A DNA stretch of 64,000 nucleotides, taken from assembly GCA_964016885.1 (NCBI GenBank), contig OZ024744.1, positions 136,028,001 through 136,092,000 on the forward strand, written 5' to 3'. Origin of the DNA: Eledone cirrhosa (taxonomy: Eukaryota). The position numbers and the translations under genes were made by a program. Under the pieces are notes generated by a model. That model did not search any database, had not been told where the DNA came from, and saw only the letters and a list, made by a program, of their open reading frames with translations. Below are positions 44,001 to 59,000 of this stretch, piece by piece; position 1 is the stretch's first letter, and every line of letters begins with the position of its first letter.

Positions 44001-47000
44001 AATCCAGAGGAGAGAGAAGTTTATCTACAGAATAGAAGTGGAGATCATGGTAGAAGAAATAACATGAATCCAGAGGAGAGAGAAGTTTATCTACAGAATA
44101 AAAGAAGTGGAGATCATGGTAGAAGAAATAACATGAATCCAGAGGAGAGAGAAGTTTATCTACAGAATAAAAGAAGTGGAGATCATGGTAGAAGAAATAA
44201 CATGAATCCAGAGGAGAGAGAGGCTTATCTACAGAATAGAAGTGGAAATCATGATAGAAGAAATAACATGAATCCAGAGGAGAGAGAAGTTTATCTACAG
44301 AATAAAAGAAGTGGAGATCATGGTAGAAGAAATAACATGAATCCAGAGGAGAGACAAGTTTATCTACAGAATAAAAGTGGAGATCATGGTAGAAGAAATA
44401 ACATGAATCCAGAGGAGAGAGAAGTTTATCTACAGAATAAAAGAAGTGGAGATCATGGTAGAAGAAATAACATGAATCCAGAGGAGAGAGAAGTTTATCT
44501 ACAGAATAGAAGTGGAGATCATGGTAGAAGAAATAACATGAATCCAGAGGAGAGAGAAGTTTATCTACAGAATAGAAGAAGTGGAGATCATGATAGAAGA
44601 AATAACATGAATCCAGAGGAGAGAGAAGTTTATCTACAGAATAGAAGAAGTGGAGATCATGATAGAAGAAATAACATGAATCCAGAGGAGAGAGAAGCTT
44701 ATCTACAGAATAGAAGAAGTGGAGATCATGATAGAAGAAATAACATGAATCCAGAGGAGAGAGAAGTTTATCTACAGAATAGAAGAAGTGGAGATCATGA
44801 TAGAAGAAATAACATGAATCCAGAGGAGAGAGAAGTTTATCTACAGAATAGAAGTGGAGATCATGATAGAAGAAATAACATGAATCCAGAGGAGAGAGAA
44901 GCTTATCTACAGAATAGAAGAAGTGGAGATCATGATAGAAGAAATAACATGAATCCAGAGGAGAGAGAAGCTTCTCAACAGAATAGAAGTGGAGATCATG
45001 GTAGAAGAAATAACATGAATCCAGAGGAGAGAGAAGTTTATCTACAGAATAGAAGTGGAGATCATGGTAGAAGAAATAACATGAATCCAGAGGAGAGAGA
45101 AGTTTATCTACAGAATAAAAGAAGTGGAGATCATGGTAGAAGAAATAACATGAATCCAGAGGAGAGAGAAGTTTATCTACAGAATAAAAGAAGTGGAGAT
45201 CATGGTAGAAGAAATAACATGAATCCAGAGGAGAGAGAGGCTTATCTACAGAATAGAAGTGGAAATCATGATAGAAGAAATAACATGAATCCAGAGGAGA
45301 GAGAAGCTTATCTACAGAATAGAAGTGGAGATCATGATAGAAGAAATAACATGAATCCAGAGGAGAGAGAAGCTTATCTACAGAATAGAAGTGGAGATCA
45401 TGATAGAAGAAATAACATGAATCCAGAGGAGAGAGTAGCTTATCTACAGAATAGAAGTGGAGATCATGATAGAAGAAATAACATGAATCCAGAGGAGAGA
45501 GAAGCTTATCTACAGAATAGAAGTGGAGATCATGATAGAAGAAATAACATGAATCCAGAGGAGAGAGTAGCTTATCTACAGAATAGAAGTGGAGATCATG
45601 ATAGAAGAAATAACATGAATCCAGAGGAGAGAGAAGTATTTCTACAGAATAGAAGAAGTGGAGATCATGGTAGAAGAAATAACATGAATCCAGAGGAGAG
45701 AGAAGTTTATCTACAGAATAGAAGTGGAGATCATGATAGAAGAAATAACATGAATCCAGAGGAGAGAGAAGTTTATCTACAGAATAAAAGAAGTGGAGAT
45801 CATGGTAGAAGAAATAACATGAATCCAGAGGAGAGAGAGGCTTATCTACAGAATAGAAGTGGAAATCATGATAGAAGAAATAACATGAATCCAGAGGAGA
45901 GAGAAGTTTATCTACAGAATAGAAGAAGTGGAGATCATGATAGAAGAAATAACATGAATCCAGAGGAGAGAGAAGTTTATCTACAGAATAGAAGTGGAGA
46001 TCATGATAGAAGAAATAACATGAATCCAGAGGAGAGAGAAGCTTATCTACAGAATAGAAGAAGTGGAGATCATGATAGAAGAAATAACATGAATCCAGAG
46101 GAGAGAGAAGCTTCTCTACAGAATAGAAGTGGAGATCATGGTAGAAGAAATAACATGAATCCAGAGGAGAGAGAAGTTTATCTACAGAATAGAAGAAGTG
46201 GAGATCATGATAGAAGAAATAACATGAATCCAGAGGAGAGAGAAGTTTATCTACAGAATAGAAGAAGTGGAGATCATGATAGAAGAAATAACATGAATCC
46301 AGAGGAGAGAGAAGCTTATCTACAGAATAGAAGAAGTGGAGATCATGATAGAAGAAATAACATGAATCCAGAGGAGAGAGAAGTTTATCTACAGAATAGA
46401 AGAAGTGGAGATCATGATAGAAGAAATAACATGAATCCAGAGGAGAGAGAAGTTTATCTACAGAATAGAAGTGGAGATCATGATAGAAGAAATAACATGA
46501 ATCCAGAGGAGAGAGAAGCTTATCTACAGAATAGAAGAAGTGGAGATCATGATAGAAGAAATAACATGAATCCAGAGGAGAGAGAAGCTTCTCTACAGAA
46601 TAGAAGTGGAGATCATGGTAGAAGAAATAACATGAATCCAGAGGAGAGAGAAGTTTATCTACAGAATAGAAGAAGTGGAGATCATGATAGAAGAAATAAC
46701 ATGAATCCAGAGGAGAGAGAAGTTTATCTACAGAATAGAAGAAGTGGAGATCATGATAGAAGAAATAACATGAATCCAGAGGAGAGAGAAGTTTATCTAC
46801 AGAATAGAAGTGGAGATCATGATAGAAGAAATAACATGAATCCAGAGGAGAGAGAAGCTTATCTACAGAATAGAAGAAGTGGAGATCATGATAGAAGAAA
46901 TAACATGAATCCAGAGGAGAGAGAAGCTTCTCAACAGAATAGAAGTGGAGATCATGGTAGAAGAAATAACATGAATCCAGAGGAGAGAGAAGTTTATCTA

Positions 47001-50000
47001 CAGAATAGAAGTGGAGATCATGGTAGAAGAAATAACATGAATCCAGAGGAGAGAGAAGTTTATCTACAGAATAAAAGAAGTGGAGATCATGGTAGAAGAA
47101 ATAACATGAATCCAGAGGAGAGAGAAGTTTATCTACAGAATAAAAGAAGTGGAGATCATGGTAGAAGAAATAACATGAATCCAGAGGAGAGAGAGGCTTA
47201 TCTACAGAATAGAAGTGGAAATCATGATAGAAGAAATAACATGAATCCAGAGGAGAGAGAAGCTTATCTACAGAATAGAAGTGGAGATCATGATAGAAGA
47301 AATAACATGAATCCAGAGGAGAGAGAAGCTTATCTACAGAATAGAAGTGGAGATCATGATAGAAGAAATAACATGAATCCAGAGGAGAGAGTAGCTTATC
47401 TACAGAATAGAAGTGGAGATCATGATAGAAGAAATAACAGGAATCCAGAGGAGAGAGAAGCTTATCTACAGAATAGAAGTGGAGATCATGATAGAAGAAA
47501 TAACATGAATCCAGAGGAGAGAGTAGCTTATCTACAGAATAGAAGTGGAGATCATGATAGAAGAAATAACATGAATCCAGAGGAGAGAGAAGTATTTCTA
47601 CAGAATAGAAGAAGTGGAGATCATGGTAGAAGAAATAACATGAATCCAGAGGAGAGAGAAGTTTATCTACAGAATAGAAGTGGAGATCATGATAGAAGAA
47701 ATAACATGAATCCAGAGGAGAGAGAAGTTTATCTACAGAATAAAAGAAGTGGAGATCATGGTAGAAGAAATAACATGAATCCAGAGGAGAGAGAGGCTTA
47801 TCTACAGAATAGAAGTGGAAATCATGATAGAAGAAATAACATGAATCCAGAGGAGAGAGAAGTTTATCTACAGAATAGAAGAAGTGGAGATCATGATAGA
47901 AGAAATAACATGAATCCAGAGGAGAGAGAAGTTTATCTACAGAATAGAAGTGGAGATCATGATAGAAGAAATAACATGAATCCAGAGGAGAGAGAAGCTT
48001 ATCTACAGAATAGAAGAAGTGGAGATCATGATAGAAGAAATAACATGAATCCAGAGGAGAGAGAAGCTTCTCTACAGAATAGAAGTGGAGATCATGGTAG
48101 AAGAAATAACATGAATCCAGAGGAGAGAGAAGTTTATCTACAGAATAGAAGAAGTGGAGATCATGATAGAAGAAATAACATGAATCCAGAGGAGAGAGAA
48201 GTTTATCTACAGAATAGAAGAAGTGGAGATCATGATAGAAGAAATAACATGAATCCAGAGGAGAGAGAAGCTTATCTACAGAATAGAAGAAGTGGAGATC
48301 ATGATAGAAGAAATAACATGAATCCAGAGGAGAGAGAAGTTTATCTACAGAATAGAAGAAGTGGAGATCATGATAGAAGAAATAACATGAATCCAGAGGA
48401 GAGAGAAGTTTATCTACAGAATAGAAGTGGAGATCATGATAGAAGAAATAACATGAATCCAGAGGAGAGAGAAGCTTATCTACAGAATAGAAGAAGTGGA
48501 GATCATGATAGAAGAAATAACATGAATCCAGAGGAGAGAGAAGCTTCTCTACAGAATAGAAGTGGAGATCATGGTAGAAGAAATAACATGAATCCAGAGG
48601 AGAGAGAAGTTTATCTACAGAATAGAAGTGGAGATCATGGTAGAAGAAATAACATGAATCCAGAGGAGAGAGAAGTTTATCTACAGAATAAAAGAAGTGG
48701 AGATCATGGTAGAAGAAATAACATGAATCCAGAGGAGAGAGAAGTTTATCTACAGAATAAAAGAAGTGGAGATCATGGTAGAAGAAATAACATGAATCCA
48801 GAGGAGAGAGAGGCTTATCTACAGAATAGAAGTGGAAATCATGATAGAAGAAATAACATGAATCCAGAGGAGAGAGAAGCTTATCTACAGAATAGAAGTG
48901 GAGATCATGATAGAAGAAATAACATGAATCCAGAGGAGAGAGAAGCTTATCTACAGAATAGAAGTGGAGATCATGATAGAAGAAATAACATGAATCCAGA
49001 GGAGAGAGTAGCTTATCTACAGAATAGAAGTGGAGATCATGATAGAAGAAATAACATGAATCCAGAGGAGAGAGAAGCTTATCTACAGAATAGAAGTGGA
49101 GATCATGATAGAAGAAATAACATGAATCCAGAGGAGAGAGTAGCTTATCTACAGAATAGAAGTGGAGATCATGATAGAAGAAATAACATGAATCCAGAGG
49201 AGAGAGAAGTATTTCTACAGAATAGAAGAAGTGGAGATCATGGTAGAAGAAATAACATGAATCCAGAGGAGAGAGAAGTTTATCTACAGAATAGAAGTGG
49301 AGATCATGATAGAAGAAATAACATGAATCCAGAGGAGAGAGAATCTTCTCTACAGAATAGAAGTGGAGATCATGGTAGAAGAAATAACATGAATCCAGAG
49401 GAGAGAGAAGTTTATCTACAGAATAGAAGAAGTGGAGATCATGATAGAAGAAATAACATGAATCCAGAGGAGAGAGACGTTTATCTACAGAATAGAAGTG
49501 GAGATCATGATAGAAGAAATAACATGAATCCAGAGGAGAGAGAAGCTTATCTACAGAATAGAAGAAGTGGAGATCATGATAGAAGAAATAACATGAATCC
49601 AGAGGAGAGAGAAGCTTCTCTACAGAATAGAAGTGGAGATCATGGTAGAAGAAATAACAGGAATCCAGAGGAGAGAGAAGTTTATCTACAGAATAGAAGT
49701 GGAGATCATGGTAGAAGAAATAACATGAATCCAGAGGAGAGAGAAGTTTATCTACAGAATAAAAGAAGTGGAGATCATGGTAGAAGAAATAACATGAATC
49801 CAGAGGAGAGAGAAGTTTATCTACAGAATAGAAGAAGTGGAGATCATGACAGAAGAAATAACAGGAATCCAGAGGAGAGAGAAGTTTATCTACAGAATAG
49901 AAGTGGAGATCATGGTAGAAGAAATAACATGAATCCAGAGGAGAGAGAAGTTTATCTACAGAATAAAAGAAGTGGAGATCATGGTAGAAGAAATAACATG

Positions 50001-53000
50001 AATCCAGAGGAGAGAGAAGTTTATCTACAGAATAAAAGAAGTGGAGATCATGGTAGAAGAAATAACATGAATCCAGAGGAGAGAGAAGCTTATCTACAGA
50101 ATAGAAGAAGTGGAGATCATGATAGAAGAAATAACATGAATCCAGAGGAGAGAGAAGCTTCTCTACAGAATAGAAGTGGAGATCATGGTAGAAGAAATAA
50201 CATGAATCCAGAGGAGAGAGAAGTTTATCTACAGAATAAAAGAAGTGGAGATCATGGTAGAAGAAATAACATGAATCCAGAGGAGAGAGAAGTTTATCTA
50301 CAGAATAGAAGTGGAGATCATGGTAGAAGAAATAACATGAATCCAGAGGAGAGAGAAGTTTATCTACAGAATAAAAGAAGTGGAGATCATGATAGAAGAA
50401 ATAACATGAATCCAGAGGAGAGAGAAGTTTATCTACAGAATAGAAGAAGTGGAGATCATGATAGAAGAAATAACATGAATCCAGAGGAGAGAGAAGCTTA
50501 TCTACAGAATAGAAGAAGTGGAGATCATGATAGAAGAAATAACATGAATCCAGAGGAGAGAGAAGTTTATCTACGGAATAGAAGAAGTGGAGATCATGAT
50601 AGAAGAAATAACATGAATCCAGAGGAGAGAGAAGTTTATCTACAGAATAGAAGTGGAGATCATGATAGAAGAAATAACATGAATCCAGAGGAGAGAGAAG
50701 CTTATCTACAGAATAGAAGAAGTGGAGATCATGATAGAAGAAATAACATGAATCCAGAGGAGAGAGAAGCTTATCTACAGAATAGAAGTGGAGATCATGA
50801 TAGAAGAAATAACATGAATCCAGAGGAGAGAGAAGCTTATCTACAGAATAGAAGTGGAGATCATGATAGAAGAAATAACATGAATCCAGAGGAGAGAGAA
50901 GCTTATCTACAGAATAGAAGTGGAGATCATGATAGAAGAAATAACATGAATCCAGAGGAGAGAGAAGTATTTCTACAGAATAGAAGAAGTGGAGATCATG
51001 GTAGGAGAAATAACATGAATCCAGAGGAGAGAGAAGCTTATCTACAGAATAGAAGAAGTGGAGATCATGATAGAAGAAATAACATGAATCCAGAGGAGAG
51101 AGAAGCTTCTCTACAGAATAGAAGTGGAGATCATGGTAGAAGAAATAACATGAATCCAGAGGAGAGAGAAGTTTATCTACAGAATAGAAGAAGTGGAGAT
51201 CATGATAGAAGAAATAACATGAATCCAGAGGAGAGAGAAGTTTATCTACAGAATAGAAGAAGTGGAGATCATGGTAGAAGAAATAACAGGAATCCAGAGG
51301 AGAGAGAAGTTTATCTACAGAATAGAAGAAGTGGAGATCATGATAGAAGAAATAACATGAATCCAGAGGAGAGAGAAGTTTATCTACAGAAAAGAAGTGG
51401 AGATCATGACAGAAGAAATAACAGGAATCCAGAGGAGAGAGAAGTTTATCTACAGAATAGAAGTGGAGATCATGGTAGAAGAAATAACATGAATCCAGAG
51501 GAGAGAGAAGTTTATCTACAGAATAGAAGTGGAGATCATGATAGAAGAAATAACATGAATCCAGAGGAGAGAGTAGCTTATCTACAGAATAGAAGAAGTG
51601 GAGATCATGATAGAAGAAATAACATGAATCCAGAGGAGAGAGAAGCTTCTCTACAGAATAGAAGTGGAGATCATGGTAGAAGAAATAACATGAATCCAGA
51701 GGAGAGAGAAGCTTATCTACAGAATAGAAGAAGTGGAGATCATGATAGAAGAAATAACATGAATCCAGAGGAGAGAGAAGCTTCTCTACAGAATAGAAGT
51801 GGAGATCATGGTAGAAGAAATAACATGAATCCAGAGGAGAGAGAAGTTTATCTACAGAATAGAAGAAGTGGAGATCATGATAGAAGAAATAACATGAATC
51901 CAGAGGAGAGAGAAGTTTATCTACAGAATAGAAGTGGAGATCATGATAGAAGAAATAACATGAATCCAGAGGAGAGAGAAGCTTATCTACAGAATAGAAG
52001 AAGTGGAGATCATGATAGAAGAAATAACATGAATCCAGAGGAGAGAGAAGTTTATCTACAGAATAAAAGAAGTGGAGATCATGGTAGAAGAAATAACATG
52101 AATCCAGAGGAGAGAGAAGTTTATCTACAGAATAAAAGAAGTGGAGATCATGGTAGAAGAAATAACATGAATCCAGAGGAGAGAGAAGTTTATCTACAGA
52201 ATAAAAGAAGTGGAGATCATGGTAGAAGAAATAACATGAATCCAGAGGAGAGAGAAGTTTATCTACAGAATAAAAGAAGTGGAGATCATGGTAGAAGAAA
52301 TAACATGAATCCAGAGGAGAGAGAAGCTTATCTACAGAATAGAAGAAGTGGAGATCATGATAGAAGAAATAACATGAATCCAGAGGAGAGAGAAGCTTCT
52401 CTACAGAATAGAAGTGGAGATCATGGTAGAAGAAATAACATGAATCCAGAGGAGAGAGAAGTTTATCTACAGAATAAAAGAAGTGGAGATCATGGTAGAA
52501 GAAATAACATGAATCCAGAGGAGAGAGAAGTTTATCTACAGAATAAAAGAAGTGGAGATCATGGTAGAAGAAATAACATGAATCCAGAGGAGAGAGAAGT
52601 TTATCTACAGAATAAAAGAAGTGGAGATCATGGTAGAAGAAATAACATGAATCCAGAGGAGAGAGAGGCTTATCTACAGAATAGAAGTGGAAATCATGAT
52701 AGAAGAAATAACATGAATCCAGAGGAGATCATGATAGAAGAAATAACATGAATCCAGAGGAGAGAGAAGCTTCTCTACAGAATAGAAGTGGAGATCATGA
52801 TAGAAGAAATAACATGAATCCAGAGGAGAGAGAAGCTTATCTACAGAATAGAAGTGGAGATCATGATAGAAGAAATAACATGAATTCAGAGGAGAGAGAA
52901 GTATTTCTACAGAATAGAAGAAGTGGAGATCATGGTAGAAGAAATAACATGAATCCAGAGGAGAGAGAAGTTTATCTACAGAATAGAAGTGGAGATCATG

Positions 53001-56000
53001 ATAGAAGAAATAACATGAATCCAGAGGAGAGAGTAGCTTATCTACAGAATAGAAGAAGTGGAGATCATGATAGAAGAAATAACATGAATCCAGAGGAGAG
53101 AGAAGCTTCTCTACAGAATAGAAGTGGAGATCATGGTAGAAGAAATAACATGAATCCAGAGGAGAGAGAAGCTTATCTACAGAATAGAAGAAGTGCAGAT
53201 CATGATAGAAGAAATAACATGAATCCAGAGGAGAGAGAAGCTTCTCTACAGAATAGAAGTGGAGATCATGGTAGAAGAAATAACATGAATCCAGAGGAGA
53301 GAGAAGTTTATCTACAGAATAGAAGAAGTGGAGATCATGATAGAAGAAATAACATGAATCCAGAGGAGAGAGAAGTTTATCTACAGAATAGAAGAAGTGG
53401 AGATCATGGTAGAAGAAATAACAGGAATCCAGAGGAGAGAGAAGTTTATCTACAGAATAGAAGTGGAGATCATGATAGAAGAAATAACATGAATCCAGAG
53501 GAGAGAGAAGTTTATCTACAGAATAGAAGAAGTGGAGATCATGATAGAAGAAATAACATGAATCCAGAGGAGAGAGAAGTTTATCTACAGAATAGAAGTG
53601 GAGATCATGATAGAAGAAATAACATGAATCCAGAGGAGAGAGAAGCTTATCTACAGAATAGAAGAAGTGGAGATCATGATAGAAGAAATAACATGAATCC
53701 AGAGGAGAGAGAATCTTCTCTACAGAATAGAAGTGGAGATCATGGTAGAAGAAATAACATGAATCCAGAGGAGAGAGAAGTTTATCTACAGAATAGAAGT
53801 GGAGATCATGGTAGAAGAAATAACATGAATCCAGAGGAGAGAGAAGTTTATCTACAGAATAAAAGAAGTGGAGATCATGGTAGAAGAAATAACATGAATC
53901 CAGAGGAGAGAGAAGTTTATCTACAGAATAAAAGAAGTGGAGATCATGGTAGAAGAAATAACATGAATCCAGAGGAGAGAGAAGTTTATCTACAGAATAA
54001 AAGAAGTGGAGATCATGGTAGAAGAAATAACATGAATCCAGAGGAGAGAGAGGCTTATCTACAGAATAGAAGTGGAAATCATGATAGAAGAAATAACATG
54101 AATCCAGAGGAGAGAGAAGCTTATCTACAGAATAGAAGTGGAGATCATGATAGAAGAAATAACATGAATTCAGAGGAGAGGGAAGTATTTCTACAGAATA
54201 GAAGAAGTGGAGATCATGGTAGAAGAAATAACATGAATCCAGAGGAGAGAGAAGTTTATCTACAGAATAGAAGTGGAGATCATGATAGAAGAAATAACAT
54301 GAATCCAGAGGAGAGAGTAGCTTATCTACAGAATAGAAGAAGTGGAGATCATGATAGAAGAAATAACATGAATCCAGAGGAGAGAGAAGCTTCTCTACAG
54401 AATAGAAGTGGAGATCATGGTAGAAGAAATAACATGAATCCAGAGGAGAGAGAAGTTTATCTACAGAATAGAAGTGGAGATCATGATAGAAGAAATAACA
54501 TGAATCCAGAGGAGAGAGAAGCTTATCTACAGAATAGAAGTGGAGATCATGATAGAAGAAATAACATGAATCCAGAGGAGAGAGAAGCTTATCTACAGAA
54601 TAGAAGTGGAGATCATGATAGAAGAAATAACATGAATTCAGAGGAGAGGGAAGTATTTCTACAGAATAGAAGAAGTGGAGATCATGGTAGAAGAAATAAC
54701 ATGAATCCAGAGGAGAGAGAAGTTTATCTACAGAATAGAAGTGGAGATCATGATAGAAGAAATAACATGAATCCAGAGGAGAGAGTAGCTTATCTACAGA
54801 ATAGAAGAAGTGGAGATCATGATAGAAGAAATAACATGAATCCAGAGGAGAGAGAAGCTTCTCTACAGAATAGAAGTGGAGATCATGGTAGAAGAAATAA
54901 CATGAATCCAGAGGAGAGAGAAGCTTATCTACAGAATAGAAGAAGTGCAGATCATGATAGAAGAAATAACATGAATCCAGAGGAGAGAGAAGCTTCTCTA
55001 CAGAATAGAAGTGGAGATCATGGTAGAAGAAATAACATGAATCCAGAGGAGAGAGAAGTTTATCTACAGAATAGAAGAAGTGGAGATCATGATAGAAGAA
55101 ATAACATGAATCCAGAGGAGAGAGAAGTTTATCTACAGAATAGAAGAAGTAGAGATCATGGTAGAAGAAATAACAGGAATCCAGAGGAGAGAGAAGTTTA
55201 TCTACAGAATAGAAGTGGAGATCATGATAGAAGAAATAACATGAATCCAGAGGAGAGAGAAGTTTATCTACAGAATAGAAGAAGTGGAGATCATGATAGA
55301 AGAAATAACATGAATCCAGAGGAGAGAGAAGTTTATCTACAGAAAAGAAGTGGAGATCATGACAGAAGAAATAACAGGAATCCAGAGGAGAGAGAAGTTT
55401 ATCTACAGAATAGAAGTGGAGATCATGATAGAAGAAATAACATGAATCCAGAGGAGAGAGAAGTTTATCTACAGAATAGAAGAAGTGGAGATCATGATAG
55501 AAGAAATAACATGAATCCAGAGGAGAGAGAAGCTTCTCTACAGAATAGAAGTGGAGATCATGGTAGAAGAAATAACAGGAATCCAGAGGAGAGAGAAGTT
55601 TATCTACAGAATAGAAGAAGTGGAGATCATGATAGAAGAAATAACATGAATCCAGAGGAGAGAGAAGCTTCTCTACAGAATAGAAGTGGAGATCATGGTA
55701 GAAGAAATAACATGAATCCAGAGGAGAGAGAAGTTTATCTACAGAATAGAAGTGGAGATCATGGTAGAAGAAATAACATGAATCCAGAGGAGAGAGAAGT
55801 TTATCTACAGAATAAAAGAAGTGGAGATCATGGTAGAAGAAATAACATGAATCCAGCGGAGAGAGAAGCTTATCTACAGAATAGAAGTGGAGATCATGAT
55901 AGAAGAAATAACATGAATCCAGAGGAGAGAGTAGCTTATCGACAGAATAGAAGTGGAGATCATGATAGAAGAAATAACCTGAATCCAGAGGAGAGAGAAG

Positions 56001-59000
56001 TATTTCTACAGAATAGAAGAAGTGGAGATCATGATAGAAGAAATAACATGAATCCAGAGGAGAGAGAAGTTTATCTACAGAATAGAAGTGGAGATCATGA
56101 TAGAAGAAATAACATGAATCCAGAGGAGAGAGTAGCTTATCTACAGAATAGAAGAAGTGGAGATCATGATAGAAGAAATAACATGAATCCAGAGGAGAGA
56201 GAAGCTTATCTACAGAATAGAAGAAGTAGAGATCATGATAGAAGAAATAACATGAATCCAGAGGAGAGAGAAGCTTCTCTACAGAATAGAAGTGGAGATC
56301 ATGGTAGAAGAAATAACATGAATCCAGAGGAGAGAGAAGTTTATCTACAGAATAGAAGAAGTGGAGATCATGATAGAAGAAATAACACGAATCCAGAGGA
56401 GAGAGAAGCTTCTCTACAGAATAGAAGTGGAGATCATGGTAGAAGAAATAACATGAATCCAGAGGAGAGAGAAGTTTATCTACAGAATAGAAGAAGTGGA
56501 GATCATGATAGAAGAAATAACATGAATCCAGAGGAGAGAGAAGTTTATCTACAGAATAGAAGTGGAGATCATGATAGAAGAAATAACATGAATCCAGAGG
56601 AGAGAGAAGCTTATCTACAGAATAGAAGAAGTGGAGATCATGATAGAAGAAATAACATGAATCCAGAGGAGAGAGAAGCTTCTCTACAGAATAGAAGTGG
56701 AGATCATGGTAGAAGAAATAACATGAATCCAGAGGAGAGAGAAGTTTATCTACAGAATAGAAGTGGAGATCATGGTAGAAGAAATAACATGAATCCAGAG
56801 GAGAGAGAAGTTTATCTACAGAATAAAAGAAGTGGAGATCATGGTAGAAGAAATAACATGAATCCAGAGGAAAGAGAAGTTTATCTACAGAATAAAAGAA
56901 GTGGAGATCATGGTAGAAGAAATAACATGAATCCAGAGGAGAGAGAGGCTTATCTACAGAATAGAAGTGGAAATCATGATAGAAGAAATAACATGAATCC
57001 AGAGGAGAGAGAAGCTTATCTACAGAGTAGAAGTGGAGATCATGATAGAAGAAATAACATGAATCCAGAGGAGAGAGAAGTTTATCTACAGAATAGAAGA
57101 AGTGGAGATCATGATAGAAGAAATAACATGAATCCAGAGGAGAGAGAAGTTTATCTACAGAATAGAAGAAGTGGAGATCATGATAGAAGAAATAACATGA
57201 ATCCAGAGGAGAGAGAAGCTTATCTACAGAATAGAAGAAGTGGAGATCATGATAGAAGAAATAACATGAATCCAGAGGAGAGAGAAGTTTATCTACAGAA
57301 TAGAAGAAGTGGAGATCATGATAGAAGAAATAACATGAATCCAGAGGAGAGAGAAGTTTATCTACAGAATAGAAGTGGAGATCATGATAGAAGAAATAAC
57401 ATGAATCCAGAGGAGAGAGAAGCTTATCTACAGAATAGAAGAAGTGGAGATCATGATAGAAGAAATAACATGAATCCAGAGGAGGGAGAAGCTTCTCTAC
57501 AGAATAGAAGTGGAGATCATGGTAGAAGAAATAACATGAATCCAGAGGAGAGAGAAGTTTATCTACAGAATAGAAGTGGAGATCATGGTAGAAGAAATAA
57601 CATGAATCCAGAGGAGAGAGAAGTTTATCTACAGAATAAAAGAAGTGGAGATCATGGTAGAAGAAATAACATGAATCCAGAGGAGAGAGAAGTTTATCTA
57701 CAGAATAAAAGAAGTGGAGATCATGGTAGAAGAAATAACATGAATCCAGAGGAGAGAGAGGCTTATCTACAGAATAGAAGTGGAAATCATGATAGAAGAA
57801 ATAACATGAATCCAGAGGAGAGAGAAGCTTATCTACAGAATAGAAGTGGAGATCATGATAGAAGAAATAACATGAATCCAGAGGAGAGAGAAGCTTATCT
57901 ACAGAATAGAAGTGGAGATCATGATAGAAGAAATAACATGAATCCAGAGGAGAGAGTAGCTTATCTACAGAATAGAAGTGGAGATCATGATAGAAGAAAT
58001 AACATGAATCCAGAGGAGAGAGAAGTATTTCTACAGAATAGAAGAAGTGGAGATCATGGTAGAAGAAATAACATGAATCCAGAGGAGAGAGAAGTTTATC
58101 TACAGAATAGAAGTGGAGATCATGATAGAAGAAATAACATGAATCCAGAGGAGAGAGTAGCTTATCTACAGAATAGAAGAAGTGGAGATCATGATAGAAG
58201 AAATAAGATGAATCCAGAGGAGAGAGAAGCTTCCCTACAGAATAGAAGTGGAGATCATGGTAGAAGAAATAACATGAATCCAGAGGAGAGAGAAGCTTAT
58301 CTACAGAATAGAAGAAGTGGAGATCATGATAGAAGAAATAACATGAATCCAGAGGAGAGAGAAGCTTCTCTACAGAATAGAAGTGGAGATCATGGTAGAA
58401 GAAATAACATGAATCCAGAGGAGAGAGAAGTTTATCTACAGAATAGAAGAAGTGGAAATCATGATAGAAGAAATAACATGAATCCAGAGGAGAGAGAAGT
58501 TTATCTACAGAATAGAAGTGGAGATCATGATATAAGAAATAACATGAATCCAGAGGAGAGAGAAGCTTATCTACAGAATAGAAGTGGAGATCATGGTAGA
58601 AGAAATAACATGAATCCAGAGGAGAGAGAAGTTTATCTACAGAATAAAAGAAGTGGAGATCATGGTAGAAGAAATAACATGAATCCAGAGGAGAGAGAAG
58701 TTTATCTACAGAATAGAAGTGGAGATCATGGTAGAAGAAATAACATGAATCCAGAGGAGAGAGAAGTTTATCTACAGAATAGAAGAAGTGGAGATCATGA
58801 TAGAAGAAATAACATGAATCCAGAGGAGAGAGAAGTTTATCTACAGAATAGAAGAAGTGGAGATCATGATAGAAGAAATAACATGAATCCAGAGGAGAGA
58901 GAAGCTTATCTACAGAATAGAAGAAGTGGAGATCATGATAGAAGAAATAACATGAATCCAGAGGAGAGAGAAGTTTATCTACAGAATAGAAGAAGTGGAG

